Below, one piece after another: positions 36,001-49,099 of a stretch of DNA of 50,675 bases. Below the pieces are notes generated by a model that had not been told where the DNA came from, searched no databases, and was given only the letters and a program-made list of their open reading frames with translations. Source of the stretch: Jimgerdemannia flammicorona (taxonomy: Eukaryota); the NCBI GenBank assembly GCA_003990765.1, contig RBNJ01000027.1, positions 1 to 50,675 of the forward strand, read 5' to 3'. A program made the position numbers and the translations under genes. Position 1 is the first letter of the stretch; the number at the start of each line of letters is the position of its first letter.

Positions 36001-38168
36001 TGGACCCCAGCAAAATCTCTGCAATCAAGGATTGGCCCAGACCCAAGAAGCTGAAAGACCTCCAGTCATTTCTGGGACTAGCAAACTATTATAGGTGATT
36101 TGTTGCCAACTTTGCTAAAATCGCTACTGCCCTCACCCAAATGACCAAGCATAGCAAGAAACAAGAACAACCTTGGACCATGAAACAAGAGAATGACTTC
36201 AACAATCTTGTAAATTAGGGACCCAAACAAGATACCGCCTTCCAAGCACTGAAAGATACTCTGATAACCACACCAGTACTTCAAGCGGCAAACCCTGCCC
36301 TACTATATAAAGTCACCACTGATACCTCTGACCTAGCTCTTGGAGCAGTGCTCATGCAAGAAGGACACCCAGTGGCCTATCACTCCCACAAGTTCAATGA
36401 TGCCAAAATCAACTATGCAACTCACGAGAAGGAAATGCTAGCCATCGTAGACACTCTGATCAAATGGCAACCATATCTAGAAGGAGCATACTTCACTATA
36501 TTGACTGACCACAAGTCATTAGTCAACATCAAGACACAGGCTACTCTTTCCCGAAAGCAAGCCAGATGGATGAAAGTTCTCACCAACTTTGACTATGAAA
36601 TTCAGTACCACCCTAGCAAGGAAAATATTGTTGCCAATGCAATCTTCAGACCACCAATCAAAGAGATTATCCAAACTCTGACCTTGGTTACCAACACTAT
36701 CATAGAACAAATCATCACAGCATGTATTGATGATAAAGAAGCTCAAGCACTCTGAGAAATCCTGAACAATAATGATGCTGACAAGTATACCCAGTACAAT
36801 CAATACTAACTCAAGGACAATGCTATCTACTATAAGGACAGACTGTATGTTCCAAACAACCGAGACCTCCGAAGGACTATCCTATTCAAATATCATGATG
36901 CCCCTATAGCTGGACATTTAGGATTCGATAAATATTATGAAGTTATCTCCCGAAACTTCTATTAGTCCTGCATGGCAGATCAGCTCAAAACCTACATCAC
37001 TTCCTGTGATGCCTGCCAATGAAACAAGTCCTCAACACTAGCAAAACCTGGCTTACTCCACCCTATTCTAGTACCATCTGCAAATTGGGAACAAATCTCT
37101 ATGGACTTCATTGTACAACTACTCCGAACCAAGAATGGAAAAGATGCAATTGTTGTCTTTATGGACTATCTCAGCAAACAAGCCCACTTTGTGCCTACTA
37201 CCACTACTGCAACAGCACCAGACATAGCCACACTCTTATTTGACAACATCTTCCACCATCATGGTCTTCCTAAGATCATTATTAGTGACCGAGATCCGAA
37301 GTTCACCAGCCATTTTTGGAAAGCCCTCCATGCACACCTTGGAACGAAACTTGTACTATCCACAGTCTTTCACCCTGAAACTGATGGCCAAACCGAAAGA
37401 ATGAACCGAACTCTGGAACAAATGCTAAGGAACTATGTCTCCTACAGATAAGATGATTGGCATGAACATCTCACCGCAGTCGAGTTTGCCTATAACAACA
37501 GCAAGCAAGCCTCTCTTGGAATGATCCCATTCTTCACTAATACTGGACAAAACCCAAACACCTCTTTGACACTTATCCGAACTACCGATGAACCCTCCAC
37601 AGTCGAAGCTGTTGAAGAATTCCTACTTCGAATGCGCAATCTAAGCCAGATTGCAATTGAGAATTTATCACGAGCCCAAGAACAACAGTTACAGTATGTT
37701 AACCAATACTGCCGAGAAGAAACTTTTGATATTGGAGAAAAAGTCCTACTAGACATCAGAGGATACCAAGTTGACAACCTCAAGCACAGACCATCCACAA
37801 AGCTGAACAGTAAGTTCATTGGACCATTTGAAGTCATTGCACAAGTCTCTCCAACCTCCTACAAACTGGTGCTACCAGACACTATTAAGATTCACCCAGT
37901 TTTTAATGTTCAACGTCTCAAGTGATACAATGACAATGATGACAAGCTATTTCCAAATCGGACCACCAAACCACCTGCACCTGTCATTATTAATGACCAA
38001 GAAGAGTATGAAGTTGAACAAATCCTCAACAAACATGGCAACAATAACCATTCTGAGTATCTTGTCAAATGGAAAGGTTACCTGATCTATGATGTAACCT
38101 GGGAACCCAAGACCAATCTCCAGAATGCTACCGATCTAGTTCAGAAATATGATTCCTTGAATAACTAG
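33042..38168 (+). pseudogene. gag-dUTPase-PR-RT-RH-INT-chromodomain polyprotein of element A
   Basis: Knuckle CFYCQKTGHMASAC 33983-34024; dUTPase ~34105-34510; DSGA 34779; YIDD 35826; RNase H ~36310-36650; integrase ~36890-37560; GPF motif; chromodomain ~38000-38160. Stops and two small deletions. Confidence 0.94.
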
Positions 38169-38579
38169 AACCAAATACTCTGTACCTATCCATACATACT
38201 ATATATTACCCTCCTGAACATTATAACTATTACGAACCAAGTCAAGAACTCACCAAAACAAGACAAGAATACCGAATCCCTGGGAAAATAGCAAAACTGA
38301 AAGCAAGCCTATTCTCCCTGTACCACTGGTGGGAAACAAGATGTAGACATTTAAGAAGATTCCTTAGAGGAAATTCTCCAGCAGTAAATGACGTCAGAAT
38401 CACTTCCGGTGCATGGTATTGAACATACAACTCTTTAACATGTGAATCCAATGCGTTAGGCAACTGTACTACGAGCATGCCACTTTCTGAGAAAATGGAC
38501 CTTACCAGACTTTTGACCTCCCAAATGGTATAACAACACTAGAACAAATTAGAAGGCCCCGATGAGGATGTCGAAAGCT

Positions 38580-38592
38580 AAGAAGGGGAGAG
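38580..38592 (+). promoter_or_regulatory. Polypurine tract AAGAAGGGGAGAG
   Basis: Immediately before the 3' LTR; same tract on the - strand in B (~23669) and D (~45013). Confidence 0.9.
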
Positions 38593-38593
38593 T

Positions 38594-40652
38594 TGTAAGC
38601 ACACAACCTCCAAGCCACCGAAATTACACATGACCTCTGAACAAATCTGGAAATCACCTGCTTGATCACGAAGCTGAGTCAAACCAAAGTCACAGCACAT
38701 AAAGCTGAGTCAAACCGAAGTCACAGCGCACAAAGCTAAGTCAATACAAAGTCACGGAACACAAGATTTACACAAACAGAATCTTACCAATCAGGACCAA
38801 ATACATATATACTGAGCACCGAGACGCGTTGAATCAGAGAACCAAAACAAACAACAACCACAACTTCCAAACACACAAATATGACCACTGAGATCTATAA
38901 CTGCATCTGTGCTGACATTTGAAATGCCATCATCAACTGAGCTACACCCCCTCTGCCCCTCATGAATATCCACAGCCTAGCACCCCTCTACTTCGTGGAA
39001 GCCTGATGGAATGCTCTGAACATGCTTAGTGAGGCCCACCAAATCAGACAAATCTCAAGCTACTACCAGATTAACCGCCTCCTGGAAGACATGGTCGAAC
39101 ACCATCATGATACAGACATTACCCAGATGTCTCAATACCAGAAGCTCATCGCCTGCAAACATCGAGAACTCTTCTATGAGTATAGTACCTTTATTCCCCG
39201 CCTCCGAGTCACTACCAGCAAAATGGTTGCTACCCTATCCTATGGCCAAATCGATGACATGATACAAGAACTTAACTACAAGTACCTCAAATATGTCCAG
39301 ACCACAGACAGAACCTTCCCACACCTGATGACCATATCCTGCAAATGCCTCAAGTCGGATACACCATGAAGAATGTCTATGATATAATCCACTTCGATGA
39401 AGATGAAGCAGAAGACAATGATCCCTCCAATACTGATATGACCTCAAGCCAAGGATCTCTGCCAACTCTGATCACACTGCCAACCTTGCCGATGAACTTA
39501 CAACAGTTCATAACCACATACGAGACTTATTGGGATAACGACCACTAGCATGAATACCAACCTGTATTCACCCCCAATTACTTCAACTACAATGAAGAGA
39601 CTGGAGAACACAACCTGTACCTCCAGACAACCCTCGAGATTGAACCAACCACTCCACCACCTGAGTACGAGTGACATGAACCACAGCCACCAGTTTACTA
39701 CAATCCTGCAACTCATAGTGCTATAACTTATAGAAGGTATGCAGACAGTAAATCCGATGAAAGCAAAGACAATACACCCATCCTTCACCCACCAATACCT
39801 TATCCAGCCTACGAGACAGACAATGCTATTTTGTGGGATGGAGATGAAGTCCCAATGTATTACTACCTCAGCGAACAAGGAGAAGTAATCTGTGAACCAC
39901 TCTTCCTAGATGACTACTTTATCAGAGATGATGTCATTGATGGTGATGTCATCAAAGACTACCCAGACAGTGCCTAAACCCATAAATAGCCTAGCAGTCA
40001 TAGTATAGTTAGATTAGCTTTGTACGACATGACTGTGAACTGACTCAGCAGTCAGACAATCTCTTGATATATCAGATCACACTTGTACTACGTGACTGCA
40101 TTCCAACTCAGCAAGGCACTTAGTGCTACATCCATATTCAGCATAGTCTAGATAGCCCCTCACTAGTATAAATACCCCCTCCCCCAGACCTCAGAATCTC
40201 AGACTCAAACACACAAGAACATTCCTGAATACTTCCCCACAATATCCCTTCACATAACTACTCCTAGTATAGCAATATCATGAATAGCAAATAAACCTAT
40301 TCCATAACCCACAAACCACTCTTAAGTAAATCTGCTCTCTGTTAGGTCCTATTCCTAACTCCATTACAAAATTTCCTAATTGGGTATTGTCTGCAGTGAT
40401 ACGCCAATTCAACTAAGCTGGTCTTAGTTTCTTAAACTTCCTGAAATACGGAAAATTCTGAACATCCAGAATCAGTCCAAAAAAGGACTTTGGTTGAGAC
40501 ATCAACCTGATCTTAAAATCAATAAGCATAGAGGACGTACTCCATATGAAATTGATCTTGACCATAAGAAAACGGTCTTCCAGAACATCTAGAATATCTA
40601 GAAAACCTTTCCAGAACTATGTAACAGTCACCCTAAAAGTAACCCTCTTACA
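38594..40652 (+). repeat. 3' LTR of element A (2059 bp)
   Basis: Follows the PPT; ends ctcttaca followed by the TSD. Confidence 0.96.
38881..39977 (+). pseudogene. U3-encoded LTR ORF, copy in A 3' LTR
   Basis: ATG 38881 to TAA 39977 = 1097 nt (1-bp deletion near 39325); fragments 39022..39369 and 39345..39548. Confidence 0.72.
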
Positions 40653-41279
40653 TGGAAAGGTTTTCTGGATATTCTGGAAGACTGTTTTCTTATGGTCAAG
40701 ATCAATTTTGTATGGAGTACGTCCTCTATACTTATTGATTTCAAGATCAGGTTGATATCTCAACCAAAGTCCTTTTTTGGGACTAGTTCTGGATGTTCAG
40801 AATTTCTATATTTCAGGAAGTTCAAGAAACTAAGACTAGCTTAGTTGAATCAGTGTATTGCTGCAAACAATACTCAATTAGAAAATTTTGTGATGGGGTT
40901 AGGAGTAGGACCTAACAGGGAGTAGATTTACTTAAGGGTGGTTTGTGGGTTATTTGAATGGGTTTATTCACTATTCATGATATTACTATACTAGGAGTAG
41001 TTGTGTGAAGGGATATTGTAGGGAAGTATTCAGGAATATTCTTGTATGTTCAAGTCTGAGATTCTGAGGTCTGGGGGAGGGGGTATTTATACTAGTGAGA
41101 GGCTATCTGGACTATGCTGAATATAGATATAGTACTAAGTGCTTTGCTGAGTTGGAATGTAGTCACGTAGTATAAGTGTGATCTGACATATCAAGAGATC
41201 ATCTGACTGCCGAGTCAGTTTACAGTCATGTCATACAAGACTACTCTAACTATACTATGACTGCTAGGCTATTTGTGGT

Positions 41280-42377
41280 TTAGGTACTGTCTGGGTAGTC
41301 CTCAATGATATCACCATCGATTGTATCATCTCTGATGAAGTAGTCATCTAGGAAAAGTGGTTTGCGAATTACTTCTCCTTGTTTGCTAAGGTAATAATAC
41401 ATTGGAACTTTATCTCTGTCCCACAAGATGGCATCATCTGTCTCATATGCTGGATAAGATATTGGTGGTCGAAGGAGGAGTGCATCATCTTTACTTTCAT
41501 TGGTTTCACTATCTGCATACCTTCTATAGGTTACGGCACTATGAGTCATGGGGTTGTAGTAGGCTGGTGGCTGTGGTTCATGTTGCTTGTACTCGGGTAG
41601 TGGAGTGGTTGGTTCAATCTCAAGGGTTGTTTGGAGGTACAGATTGTGTTCTCCAGTCTCTTCATTATAGTTGAAGTAATCGGGGGTGAATGTGGGTTGG
41701 TATTCATACCAGTGGTCATTGTCTCAATAAGTCTCGTAGGCTGTTATGAATTATTGTAAGTTCATTGGCAAGGTTGGTGGTGTGATCAGGGTTGGCAGAG
41801 ATCCTTGGCTAGAGGTCATGTCAGCATCAGAGAGATCATTGTCTTCTGCTTCATCTTCATCGAAGTGGATTATATTGTAGATGTCCTTCATGACATATCC
41901 AACTTGGGGCATTTGTAGGATATGATCATTGGGGTGTGGGAAGGTTCTGTCTGTAGTTTCAATATACTTGAGATACTTGTGGTTGAGTTCTTGTATCATA
42001 TCATCAATTTGGCCATAGGACAGGGTAGCAATCATTTTGGCTGTAGTAACTTGGAGGCAGAGAATAATGGTACTGTACTCATAGAAGAGTTCTCGATGTT
42101 TGTAGGTGATGAGCTTCTGGTGTTGGGACATCTGAGTAATGTCTGTATTGTGGTAGTGTTCGATCATATCTTCCAGGAGGCGGCCGATCTGGTAGTAGCT
42201 TGAGATTTGTCCGATTTGGTGGGCCTCGCTAAGCATGTTCAGAACATTCCATCGGGCTTCCACGAAGTAGAGGGGTACTAGGCTATGGATATTCATGAGG
42301 GGCAGAGGGGGTGTGGCTCTATTGACAATGGCATTCCTAATGTCAGCGCAGATATGGGTATAGATCTCGGTGGTCAT
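41280..42377 (-). pseudogene. U3-encoded LTR ORF, copy in B 5' LTR
   Basis: 1098-nt span; ORFs 41751..42482 (243 aa) and 41280..41549 are in the same frame. Confidence 0.8.
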
Positions 42378-42665
42378 GTTTGTATATTTGGAAGTTATGG
42401 TTGTTGTTTGTTTTGGTTCTCTGATTCGATATGTCTCAGTGCTTGGTATATATGTATTTGATCTTGATTGGTAAGATTCCATTTATGTAAATCTTGTGTT
42501 CTGTGACTTCATATTGACTCAGCTTTGTATGCTGTGACTTTGGTTTAACTCAGCTTCATGATCAAGCAGGTGATTTCTAGATTTGTTCAGAGGTTGTATG
42601 TGATTTTAGTGGCTTGTTCAGAGGATGATGTGTAATTTCTGTGGCTTGGAGATTGTGTGCTTACA

Positions 42666-42975
42666 GTAGGTTACAATCTAATTTTGCTTCAAGATGCTTC
42701 CTCACCCCACTGCAAACCCCTCTGAGAATTCCTACAAGTTGGTATAAAGCCCAACCTCTGAACTGGAATTTATCCTGAACCATCTGACAATCTGGAGAGA
42801 ATTGAACCTGATGTACAAGGATAATTTGACCTCCACACCTGCAACAAGTGGAACAAACTTCATTCAAAGAAAGAAATACTCCAGTTAAATCAACAAATAG
42901 GCAAAACCCTATTCACTGAACTCCTTGCTCTATATCCAGCAAGTTAAGATGAAGAAGGTCTTATAAAAGTCTTCT
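42666..42975 (+). mobile_element. Family-1 element C, continuation of the leader; interrupted by element D
   Basis: gtagg-ttacaatc... resumes the sequence broken at 21614. Confidence 0.88.
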
Positions 42976-43653
42976 TGTAAGAGGGTTACTTTTTAGGGTG
43001 ACCGTTACATAGTTCTGGAAGGGTTTTCTGGATATTCTGGATGTTCTGAAAGACCGTTTTCTTATAGTCAAGATCAATTTCATATGGAGTATGTCCTCTA
43101 TGCTTATTGATTTCAAGATTGGGTTGACGTCTCAACCAAAGTCCTTTTTCGGACTAGTTCTGGATGTTCAGGATTTTCTGTATTTCAGGAAGTTCAAGAA
43201 ACTAAGACCAGCTTAGTTGAATTGGCGTATCGCTGCAGACAATACCCAATTAGGAAATTTCGTGACGGGGTTAGGAGTAGGACCTAACAGAGAGCAGATT
43301 TACTTAAGAGTGGTTTGTGGGTTATGGAATAGGTTTATTTGCTATTCATGATATTGCTATACTAGGAGTATTTGTGTGAAGGGATATTATGGAGAAGTGC
43401 TCAGGAGTTGTGTTCAGATTGTTCAAGTCTGAGATTCTGAGGTCTGGGGGAGGGGGTATTTATACTAGTGAGGGGCTAACTGGACTATGCTAAATATGGA
43501 TGTAGTACTAAGTGCCTTGCTGAGTCGGAATGCAGTCACATAGTACAAGTGTGATCTGACATGTCAAGAGATCGTCTGACTGCTGAGTCAGTTCACAGTC
43601 ACGTCGTACAAGACTAATCTAACTATACTATGACTGCTAGACTATTTATAGGT

Positions 43654-44751
43654 TTAGGTACTATCTGGGTAGTCCTCGATGACATCACCATCGATTGCAT
43701 CATCTCTGATGAAGTAGTTGTCTAGGAATAATAGTTCGCGGATTACTTCTCCTTGTTGGCTGAGGTAGTAATACATTGGGACTTCATCTTCATCCCACAG
43801 GATAACATCGTCTGTTTTGTATGCTGGGTAAGGTGTTGGTGGGCGAAGGATAGGTGTACTGTCTTCACTTTCATCGGATTCGCTGTCTGCGTACCTTCTA
43901 TAGGTTATAGCACTATGAGTTGTGGGGTTATAGTATGCTGGCAGCTGTGGTTCATATCGCTCATACTCGGGTGGTGGAGTGGTTGGTTCGATCTCGAGGG
44001 TTGTCTGAAGGTACAGGTTGTGTTCTCTGGTCTCTTCATTGTAATTGAAGTAATCGGGGGTGAACACGGGTTGATATTCGTGCCAGTGGTCATTGTCCCA
44101 ATAAGTCTCATATGTAGTTATGAACTGTTGTAAGTTCATTGGCAAGGTTGGTGGTGTGATCAGGGTTGGCAGAGATTCTTGGCTAGAGGTCATATCGGTG
44201 TCAGAGGGATCATTGTCTTCTGCTTCATCTTCGTTGAAGTGGATTATATCATAGATGTCCTTCATGGCATATCTGACTTGAGGCAATTGTAGGATATGGT
44301 CATCAGGGTGTGGGAAGATTCTATCTGTGGTTTCGACATACTCGAGATACTTGTGGTTGAGTTCTTGTATCATGTCATCGATTTGGCCATAGGACAGGGT
44401 AGCAACCATTTTGCTGGTAGTGACTTAGAGGCAGGGAATAAAGGTGTTGTACTCATAGAAGAGTTCTCGATGTTTGCGGGCGATGAGCTTCTGGTGTTGA
44501 GACATCTGGATAATGTCTGTATCATGGTGGTGTTCAATCATGTCTTCTAAGAGGCAGCCGATCTGGTAGTAGCTTGATATTTGTCCTATTCGGTGGACCT
44601 CGCTAAGCATGTTCAGGGCATTCCATCGGGCTTCCACAAAGTAGAGGGGTGCCAGGCTATGGATATTCATGAGGGGCAGAGGGGGTGTTGCTCGGTTGAC
44701 AATGGCATTCCAAATGTCAGCACGGATGCGGTTGTAGATCTCAGTGGTCAT
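43654..44751 (-). pseudogene. U3-encoded LTR ORF, best-preserved copy (365 codons, one internal TAA)
   Basis: ORFs 44425..44943 and 43654..44409 are in frame. They are separated by one TAA that is CGA or CAA in other copies. Confidence 0.85.
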
Positions 44752-45436
44752 GTTTGTGTGTTTGGAAGTTGTAGTTGTTATTTGTTTTGGTTCTCTGATT
44801 CGACGCGTCTCGGTGCTCAGTATATGTATATGTATTTGGTCCTGATTGGTAAGGTTCCGTTTGTGTAGATCTTGTGTTCCGTGACTTCGTATTGACTCAG
44901 CTTTGTGCACTGTGACTTCAGTTTGACTCAGCTTCATGATCAAGCAGGTGATTTCCAGATTTGTTCGGAGGTCGCGTGTAATTTCAGTGGCTTGGAGGTT
45001 GTGTGCTTACAACTCTCCCCTTCTTAGCTTTCGACGTCCTCGTCGGGGCCTTCTAATTTGTTCTAGTGTTGTTATACCATTTGGGAGGTCAAAAGTCAGG
45101 TAAGGTCTATTTTTTCAGAAAGTGGCATGCTTGTAGTACAGTTGCCTAACGCATTGGATTCACACGTTAAAGGGTCATGTGTTCAATGCCATATGCCGGA
45201 AGTGATTCTGACGTCATTCACTGCTGGAGAATTTCCTCTAAGGAATCTTCTTAAATGTCTACACCTTGTTTCCCACCAGTGGTATGGGAAGAATAGGCTT
45301 GCTTTCAGTTTTGCTATTTTTCCAGAGGGTCGGTATTCTTGTCTTGTTTTGCTGAGTTCCTGACTTGGTTCATGATAGTTATAATGTTCAGGAGGATAAT
45401 ATATAGTATGTACAGATCAGTGCAGAGTATTTGGTT

Positions 45437-45605
45437 CTAGTTGTTCAAGGAATCATATTCCTGAACTAGGTTGGTAGCATTCTGAAGATTGGTCTTGGGT
45501 TCCCAGGTTGCATCGTAGATCGGGTAACCTTTCCATTTGACAAGGTACTCAGGATGGTTCTTGTTTCCACATTTGTTGAGGATTTGTTCAACTTTGTACT
45601 CTTCT
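45437..45605 (-). other. Integrase C-terminal chromodomain (chromovirus hallmark)
   Basis: [40 protein letters not shown] retains the Y/W/Y aromatic-cage positions of canonical chromodomains. Confidence 0.92.
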
Positions 45606-48600
45606 TGGTCATTAATGATAACAGATACAGGTGGTTTGGTGGTCCAATTTGGAAATAGCTCATCATCATTGTCATTGTATCGCTTGAGACGTTGAACATT
45701 AAAGACTGGGTGAATCTTAATGGTGTCTGGTAGTGCTAGTTTGTAGGAGGTTGGAGAGACTTGTGCAATGACTTCAAATGGTCCAATGAACTTGCTGTTC
45801 AGCTTTGTAGATGGTCTGTGCTTGAGGTTGTCAACTCGGTATCCTCTGATGTCTAGTAGAACTTTTTCTTCAATATCAAAAGTTTCTTCTCGGCAGTACT
45901 GGTTAACATACTGTGACTGTTGTTCTTGAGCTCGTGATAAATTCTCAATTGCAATCTGGCTTAGATTGCACATTCGGAGTAGGAATTCTTCAACGGCTTC
46001 AACTGTGGAGGGTTCTTCAGTAGTTCAGATAAGTGTCAAAGGGGTGTTTGGGTTTTGTCCAGTATTAGCGAAGAATGGGGTCATTCCTAGAGAGGCTTGC
46101 TTGCTATTGTTATAGGCAAACTTGACTGCGGTGAGGTGTTCATGTCAATCATCTTGTCTGTAGGAGACATAGTTCCTTAGCATTTGTTCCAGAGTTCGGT
46201 TCATTCTTTCGGTTTGGCCATCGGTTTCAGGGTAAAAGGCTGTGAATAGTGCAAGTTTTGTTCCAAGGTGTGCATGGAGGGCTTTCCAAAAATGGCTGGT
46301 GAATTTCGGATCTCGATCACTAACAATGATCTTAGGAAGACCATGATAGCGGAAAATGTTGTCAAATAAGAGTGTGACTATTTCTGGTGCTGTTGCAGTA
46401 GTGGTAGTAGGCACAAAGTAGGCTTGTTTGCTAAGATAGTCCACAAAGACAACAATTGCATCTTTTCTGTTCTTGGTTTGGGGTAGTTGTACAATGAAGT
46501 CCATAGAGATTTGTTCCCAATTTGCAGATGGTACTGGGATAGGGTGGAGTAAGCTGGGTTTTGCTAGTGTTGAGGACTTGTTTCGTTGGCAGGCATCACA
46601 GGAAGTGATGTAGGTTTTGAGCTGATCTGCCATGCGGGGCCAATAGAAGTTTCAGGAGATAACTTCGTAACATTTATCAAATCCTAAATTCCAGCTATAG
46701 GGGCATCATGATATTCGAATAGGATAGTCCTTCGGAGGTCTTGGTTGTTTGGAACATACAATCTGTCCTTGTAGTAGATAGCATTATCCTTGAGTTGGTA
46801 TTGATTATACTGGGTATGCTTGTCAGCATCATCTTTGTTCAGGATTTCTCGGAGTACTTGAGCTTCTTTATCATCAACACATGCTGTGATGATTTGTTCC
46901 ATAATAGTGTTGGTAACCAAGGTCAGAGTTTGGATAACCTCTTCGATTGGTGGTCTGGAGATTGCATCGGCAACAATATTTTCCTTGCCAGGGCGGTACT
47001 GGATTTCGTAGTCAAAGTTAGTGAGAACTTTCATCCATCTAGCTTGCTTTCGAGAAAGGGTAGCCTGTGTCTTGATGTTGACTAATGACTTGTGGTCGGT
47101 CAATACAGTGAAGTATGCTCCTTCTAGATATGGTCGCCATTTAATCAGAGTGTCTATGATGGCTAGCATTTCCTTCTCATGAGTTGCGTAGTTGATTTCG
47201 GCATCGTTGAACTTGCAGGAGTGATAGGCCACAGGGTGTCCTTCTTGCATGAGCACTACTCCAAGAGCTAGGTCAGAGGCATCAGTAGTGACTTCATATG
47301 GTAGGGCAGGGTTTGCCGCTTGAAGTACTGGTGTGGTTATCAGAGCATCTTTCAGCACTTGAAAGGCAGTATCTTGCTCGGGTCCCCAATTTACAAGATT
47401 GTTGAAGTATTTCTCTTGTTTCATGGCCTAAGGTTGTTCTTGTTTCTTGCTGTGCTTGGTCATTTGGGTGAGAGCGGTAGCAATTTTAGCAAAGTTGGCA
47501 ACAGATCACCTGTAATAGTTTGCTAGTCCCAGGAATGACTGGAGGTCTTTCAACTTCTTTGGTCTGGGTCAATCTTTGATTGCAGAGATTTTGCTGGGAT
47601 CCACTTTGATTCTATTCGGAGTGACAATGTGTCCAAGGAATTGAATTTCTTTTAGAAGAAATTCGCACTTGCTGAGTTTTGCAAAGAGTCTGTTTTCTTG
47701 GAGTTTCAGTAGTACTAGTTCAAGGTGTTCAAGATGTTCCTCCAGGGTTTTGCTGAAGACTAGGATGTCGTCAATGTAGACAATAACGAATTTGTCTAGG
47801 TATGGATGCAGGATGGTATTCATCAGTGTCTGGAAGGTTGCTGGAGCATTAGTTAAGCCAAAGGGCATAACCAGGAACTCAAAGTGTCCATAGCGAGTTC
47901 GAAAAGCTGTCTTGTAGATGTCTTCTTCTTTCATGGCAATTTGCCAGTAACCATTTTGTAGGTCAAAAGAGCTCATGAATTGTGGGTTGGTGAGCATATC
48001 AAATATTTCATCAATCCTCAGTAGTAGGCAACAGTTCTTGATGGTCTGCTCATTGAGATCGTGGTAGTCAATGCACATTCGCAGGTCTCTTCTTTTTTTG
48101 ACAACAAAGAGGACTGGTGTACCATAAGGTGATATACTAGGTCTGATGAATCCTTGTTCTAGGAGTTCATCAATTTCTTTCTTGAGTGCATCAATTTCTC
48201 TAGGAGACATGTGGTAGATCGACTTGAAGGCTGGTTTGGTATCTGGGATAGTCTTGATTGCATGATCTACTGCTCATTTGGGAGGTAGGCCTTTCGGGAG
48301 CTTCTTTGGGAATATGTCTCGGAATTTCTGGAGTAGTGGTCTGACATGGCTGTCAACTTTGGAAAAATCTTCTTCAGAGTTCTCGGGTTCTCCTTTGGAT
48401 GGGCAGATGGAGATAGCGAAGAGAGGGCATTTCTTGGCCAATTTCTTGAGTTGTAGCTTGTTGATGTGGGTGATCTTTGGTCCAGGGTCACTAGAGTTGA
48501 GTGGGTCCTTTTTGCCTTGTAGTTTGAAGTTGTGGCGTCCTTTCTTGATGGTCAGAGAATGGTTTACCCAATCGATCATGGGGTTCTCTTGCTTTAACCA

Positions 48601-49099
48601 TGGAGTCCCAAGGATGATTTCATTGTCGGGAAGTGGTACAATTTGGAGGGTAACATGTACTTGGTAGTCATCAATTCGGAAGGGTAGATTGCGGACTTCT
48701 TTGCTAATAACATGTGAGGTTCCATCAGCTATAGCAACTGCTTGAGTTTGCTGTACTGGGGAGGTAAAGACCTTGAGTCTGTTGGCGGTCTCTTCATTAA
48801 TGAAGTTGCCTGAGGCACTACTGTCTATCATAATCTTGACAGGTGCTCCATTGATAAAAGCTTTAAGGGTGAGCAGTTTGTCTGATCCAATTGTGGTGAT
48901 TTCAGTTGTAGGAGCCTTTCTTCTATTGGTTCTTCTTTGAGCCAGTTTGTTGACACAAGAGAAGCAATTATCAATCATTTGGGAAGAGTACATTCTAATG
49001 CCATGAGGGCATCGGCCACTTGGTACATATCCATCTTCAATCTTCTTGTAGAATTGTTCTTCTTTGCTTATGATAGGTTGGGCTGGGGCCTTGTTTGAT

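Larger units (their letters stand above)
30020..40652 (+). mobile_element. Family-1 element A, full length (10,633 bp), perfect TSD TGGAA
   Basis: Two ~2.06-kb TG...CA LTRs, PBS and PPT. TGGAA at 30015-30019 and 40653-40657. Confidence 0.96.
21615..42665 (-). mobile_element. Family-1 element B, full length (~10.4 kb), with element A nested in its 5' LTR; TSD GCAGG/GTAGG
   Basis: 3' LTR 21615-23667; PPT ~23669-23681; PBS 29961-29971 (tggtagcagcg); 5' LTR split 29975-30019 + 40658-42665. Both LTRs share the diagnostic tgtaagatgg end and a 9-bp U5 deletion. TSD 21610-21614 / 42666-42670 with one C/T mismatch. Confidence 0.93.

Noticed and set aside
44752-44943. 64-aa N-terminal extension of the U3 ORF predicted in D
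   Set aside because: Starts at TTG and crosses the variable tandem-repeat and TATATA region where copies differ by indels; the frame is not conserved.
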